Assembly (NCBI GenBank): GCA_963785725.1
Contig: CAWAWS010000018.1
Location: 32,001 to 96,000, forward strand
DNA length: 64,000 nucleotides
Direction: 5' to 3'
Origin: an uncultured delta proteobacterium
GTDB taxonomy: Bacteria > Myxococcota_A > Polyangia > Palsa-1104
The position numbers were made by a program, and so were the translations under genes. Shown piece by piece: positions 62,230-64,000 of the stretch. The notes under the pieces are model-generated. The model was given only the letters and a program-made list of their open reading frames with translations, was not told the origin of the DNA and searched no databases. Within the stretch, counting starts at the first letter, position 1; each line of letters begins with the position of its first letter.

Positions 62230-62954
62230 CGCGTTCGCGGCTTGTCGCTGGTGTTGGCGGGGACGATCGTCTGCCAGCCGTCGCTGCGCGGATCCCAGCG
62301 GTCGATGCGGTTGCCGACGAGCTTGCCGCGGCCGTCGCGGGCGACGGTGAGCTTGTCGGGCCGCACGCCGTCGTGCGCCGTGCACACGATGAGCTCGAGC
62401 CGTGCCTTGGCCAGCGCGCGCAGCTGTCCCCATTCGATCAGCTCCTGCGTGCGGATCGGATCGGCCAGGCGCAGCCATTGGCTGGCGCTGCCGGCGTAAC
62501 GGTCGTATCCGATGACGAGCGACGTGTGATCGCCGAGCTCGCGGCTCTCCCAACCGAGGATGCAAGGCAGTCCGAGGTCGATTTGGCCGCGCAGGAAGTC
62601 GACGGTGTCGTCGCCGCGCGTGGCCCGACGATAGACGAAGCGAGTGCGCGCCGGATGTTCGACGGCGGCGGCGCAGGCGCGGTCGAGCGCGCGGGCCAGC
62701 GCGTCGAGCCGCACGCCCGACGTCAGCCACTCGGCGACGGCGCCTTCGACGCTGGTGCCGCGCGCCCGCGGCAGATGGCCGAACAAGGGGTCGAGGCCGA
62801 CGTGCGCGGCGTCGAACTGCTCGTCGAACTCGGGCCTGAGCGCGCACAACAGCATCGCCGCGGAATAGTAGGCGCACAAAGAATCGTGAGTGCCTTGCGA
62901 GCGTTGCGCGATGCCGGTCAGTCGCACCGTCGTGCGCCGGGCCTGGGTGGGCAT
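62226..62954 (-). CDS. Putative C39-like (papain-fold) cysteine peptidase
   Basis: QGTHDSLC (Q-x6-C), DHTSLVIGYD (His), LADP (Asp). Confidence 0.6.
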   Translation of the reverse strand: MPTQARRTTVRLTGIAQRSQGTHDSLCAYYSAAMLLCALRPEFDEQFDAAHVGLDPLFGHLPRARGTSVEGAVAEWLTSGVRLDALARALDRACAAAVEHPARTRFVYRRATRGDDTVDFLRGQIDLGLPCILGWESRELGDHTSLVIGYDRYAGSASQWLRLADPIRTQELIEWGQLRALAKARLELIVCTAHDGVRPDKLTVARDGRGKLVGNRIDRWDPRSDGWQTIVPANTSDKPRTR

Positions 62955-63054
62955 CGTGTAATTGTGCACGAAAGCACGGTATCGACGGCGCCGAGCAGGC
63001 GAAAATCGTCCAAAAGTAACGCGCGAAACGGCGACGTCGCGGTACGCTCCCGGC

Positions 63055-63852
63055 ATGCCCCTTGTGCCGATCGGCGACAGCGAGCTGTATTACGAGGAGC
63101 AGGGTGCCGGCGATCCGATCGTGTTTTCGCACGGCCTTTTGTGGAGCGGTCGCATGTACGCCGCGCAGCTGGCCGCCTTGTCCGACCAGTGGCGCTGCAT
63201 CGCCTACGATCATCGCGGGCAAGGTCGCTCGGCCACGTCGCCGTCGCCGTACGACATGGACACGCTCGCCGACGACGCCGCGCGCCTCATCGACAAGCTG
63301 AAGGCCGGTCCGTGTCACTTCGTGGGGCTGTCGATGGGCGGCTTCGTCGGCTTGCGACTGGCGCTGCGACGGCCGGAGCTGTTGCGCTCGCTGACGCTCA
63401 TCGACAGCGCGGCCGATCGCGAGCCGCGGCTGAACGTGCCGAAATATGCGGCGATGGAGTGGGCCGCGCGCAAAGTGGGCATGAAGTACCTGGTGCCGTC
63501 GGTCATGAAGATCATGTTCGGCGGCGCCTTCTTGCGCGATCGCGCGCGCGCCGGCCTGCGCGCCGAGCAGGCGGCGCAGCTGGCGGCGCTCGAGCCCGTG
63601 CGCATGAAGGCGGCGCTCGAGTCGGTCACGCAGCGCCACGCCGTGCAGTCGAGCTTGGGCGGCATCAAGACGCCGACGCTGGTGCTGCATGGCGAGGACG
63701 ATCGCGCCATCAAGCTGACGCGCGCGACGAAGATGGCGCTGGCGATCCCGGGCGCGCAGCTGGTGGTCATCGCGCGCGCCGGCCATACCTCGACGGTGGA
63801 AGAGCCCGAGGCGATTTCGCGGGAGCTGCGTCGCTTTGTGGAAGTACACTGA
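63055..63852 (+). CDS. Alpha/beta hydrolase (enol-lactonase-like)
   Basis: HGLL, DHRGQGRS, GLSMGG nucleophile elbow, GEDD, AGH. Confidence 0.92.
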   Translation: MPLVPIGDSELYYEEQGAGDPIVFSHGLLWSGRMYAAQLAALSDQWRCIAYDHRGQGRSATSPSPYDMDTLADDAARLIDKLKAGPCHFVGLSMGGFVGLRLALRRPELLRSLTLIDSAADREPRLNVPKYAAMEWAARKVGMKYLVPSVMKIMFGGAFLRDRARAGLRAEQAAQLAALEPVRMKAALESVTQRHAVQSSLGGIKTPTLVLHGEDDRAIKLTRATKMALAIPGAQLVVIARAGHTSTVEEPEAISRELRRFVEVH

Positions 63853-63862
63853 AGGCTCGGGC

Positions 63863-64000
63863 ATGCACGCCGTTCCCTCGCGCGCCCTCGTCGGCAAGCT
63901 GATCGCCAACCGCTACTTGGTAGCCGACGCCATCGGTGCGGGCGGGCTGTGCACGGTCTATCGCGCCGAAGATCTGCGGCGCGGCCGCGATGTCGCCGTC
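63863..64000 (+). CDS. Hanks-type Ser/Thr protein kinase, 5' part only
   Basis: Manual translation ...IANRYLVADAIGAGGLCTVYRAEDLRRGRDVAV, subdomains I-II; runs off window. Confidence 0.85.
   Translation, partial: MHAVPSRALVGKLIANRYLVADAIGAGGLCTVYRAEDLRRGRDVAV

Noticed and set aside
60571..63909. 1112-aa minus-strand ORF
   Set aside because: Shadow ORF overlapping three real genes; no motifs, expected at high GC

Overview
Very GC-rich, gene-dense bacterial chromosome segment. The gene content (HAD-IG nucleotidase, mevalonate pathway, sigma54 regulators, DUF3857/TPR proteins, Ser/Thr kinase) suggests Myxococcota; this is an inference. It carries about 53 protein genes and no rRNA, tRNA, CRISPR array, prophage or intact transposase that I can see. 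Main blocks: (1) nucleotidase, murJ, dksA-like, lexA, TonB-domain protein, csp, SpoIID, dacB and rarA; (2) a tightly coupled isoprenoid operon, fni-mvk-mvaD-pmk-HMGR-hpnC-hpnD-hpnE plus an FAD monooxygenase, divergent from a GAF/PAS histidine kinase, a sigma54 enhancer-binding regulator and ispA, with palindromic UAS-like, IHF-like and near-sigma54 sites between them; (3) a DPPR-synthase-like UbiA with a GT-C-like protein, a TPAT (TatT/P/Q/M) transporter and an active/inactive DUF3857-transglutaminase pair; (4) a DppA-like binding protein, HAMP/GAF histidine kinase and REC-GGDEF operon with no transporter genes; (5) ArnT-like GT, rnj, gpsA, a hybrid kinase, a C39-like peptidase, a hydrolase and a truncated Ser/Thr kinase. 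Non-coding highlights are a ~150 bp CTAG-flanked MITE-like structured element, a tandem palindrome between convergent genes, and a strong leaderless-promoter signature (TAnnnT 5-7 nt before 11 start codons). Three genes carry apparent +1 frameshifts, most likely sequencing errors.
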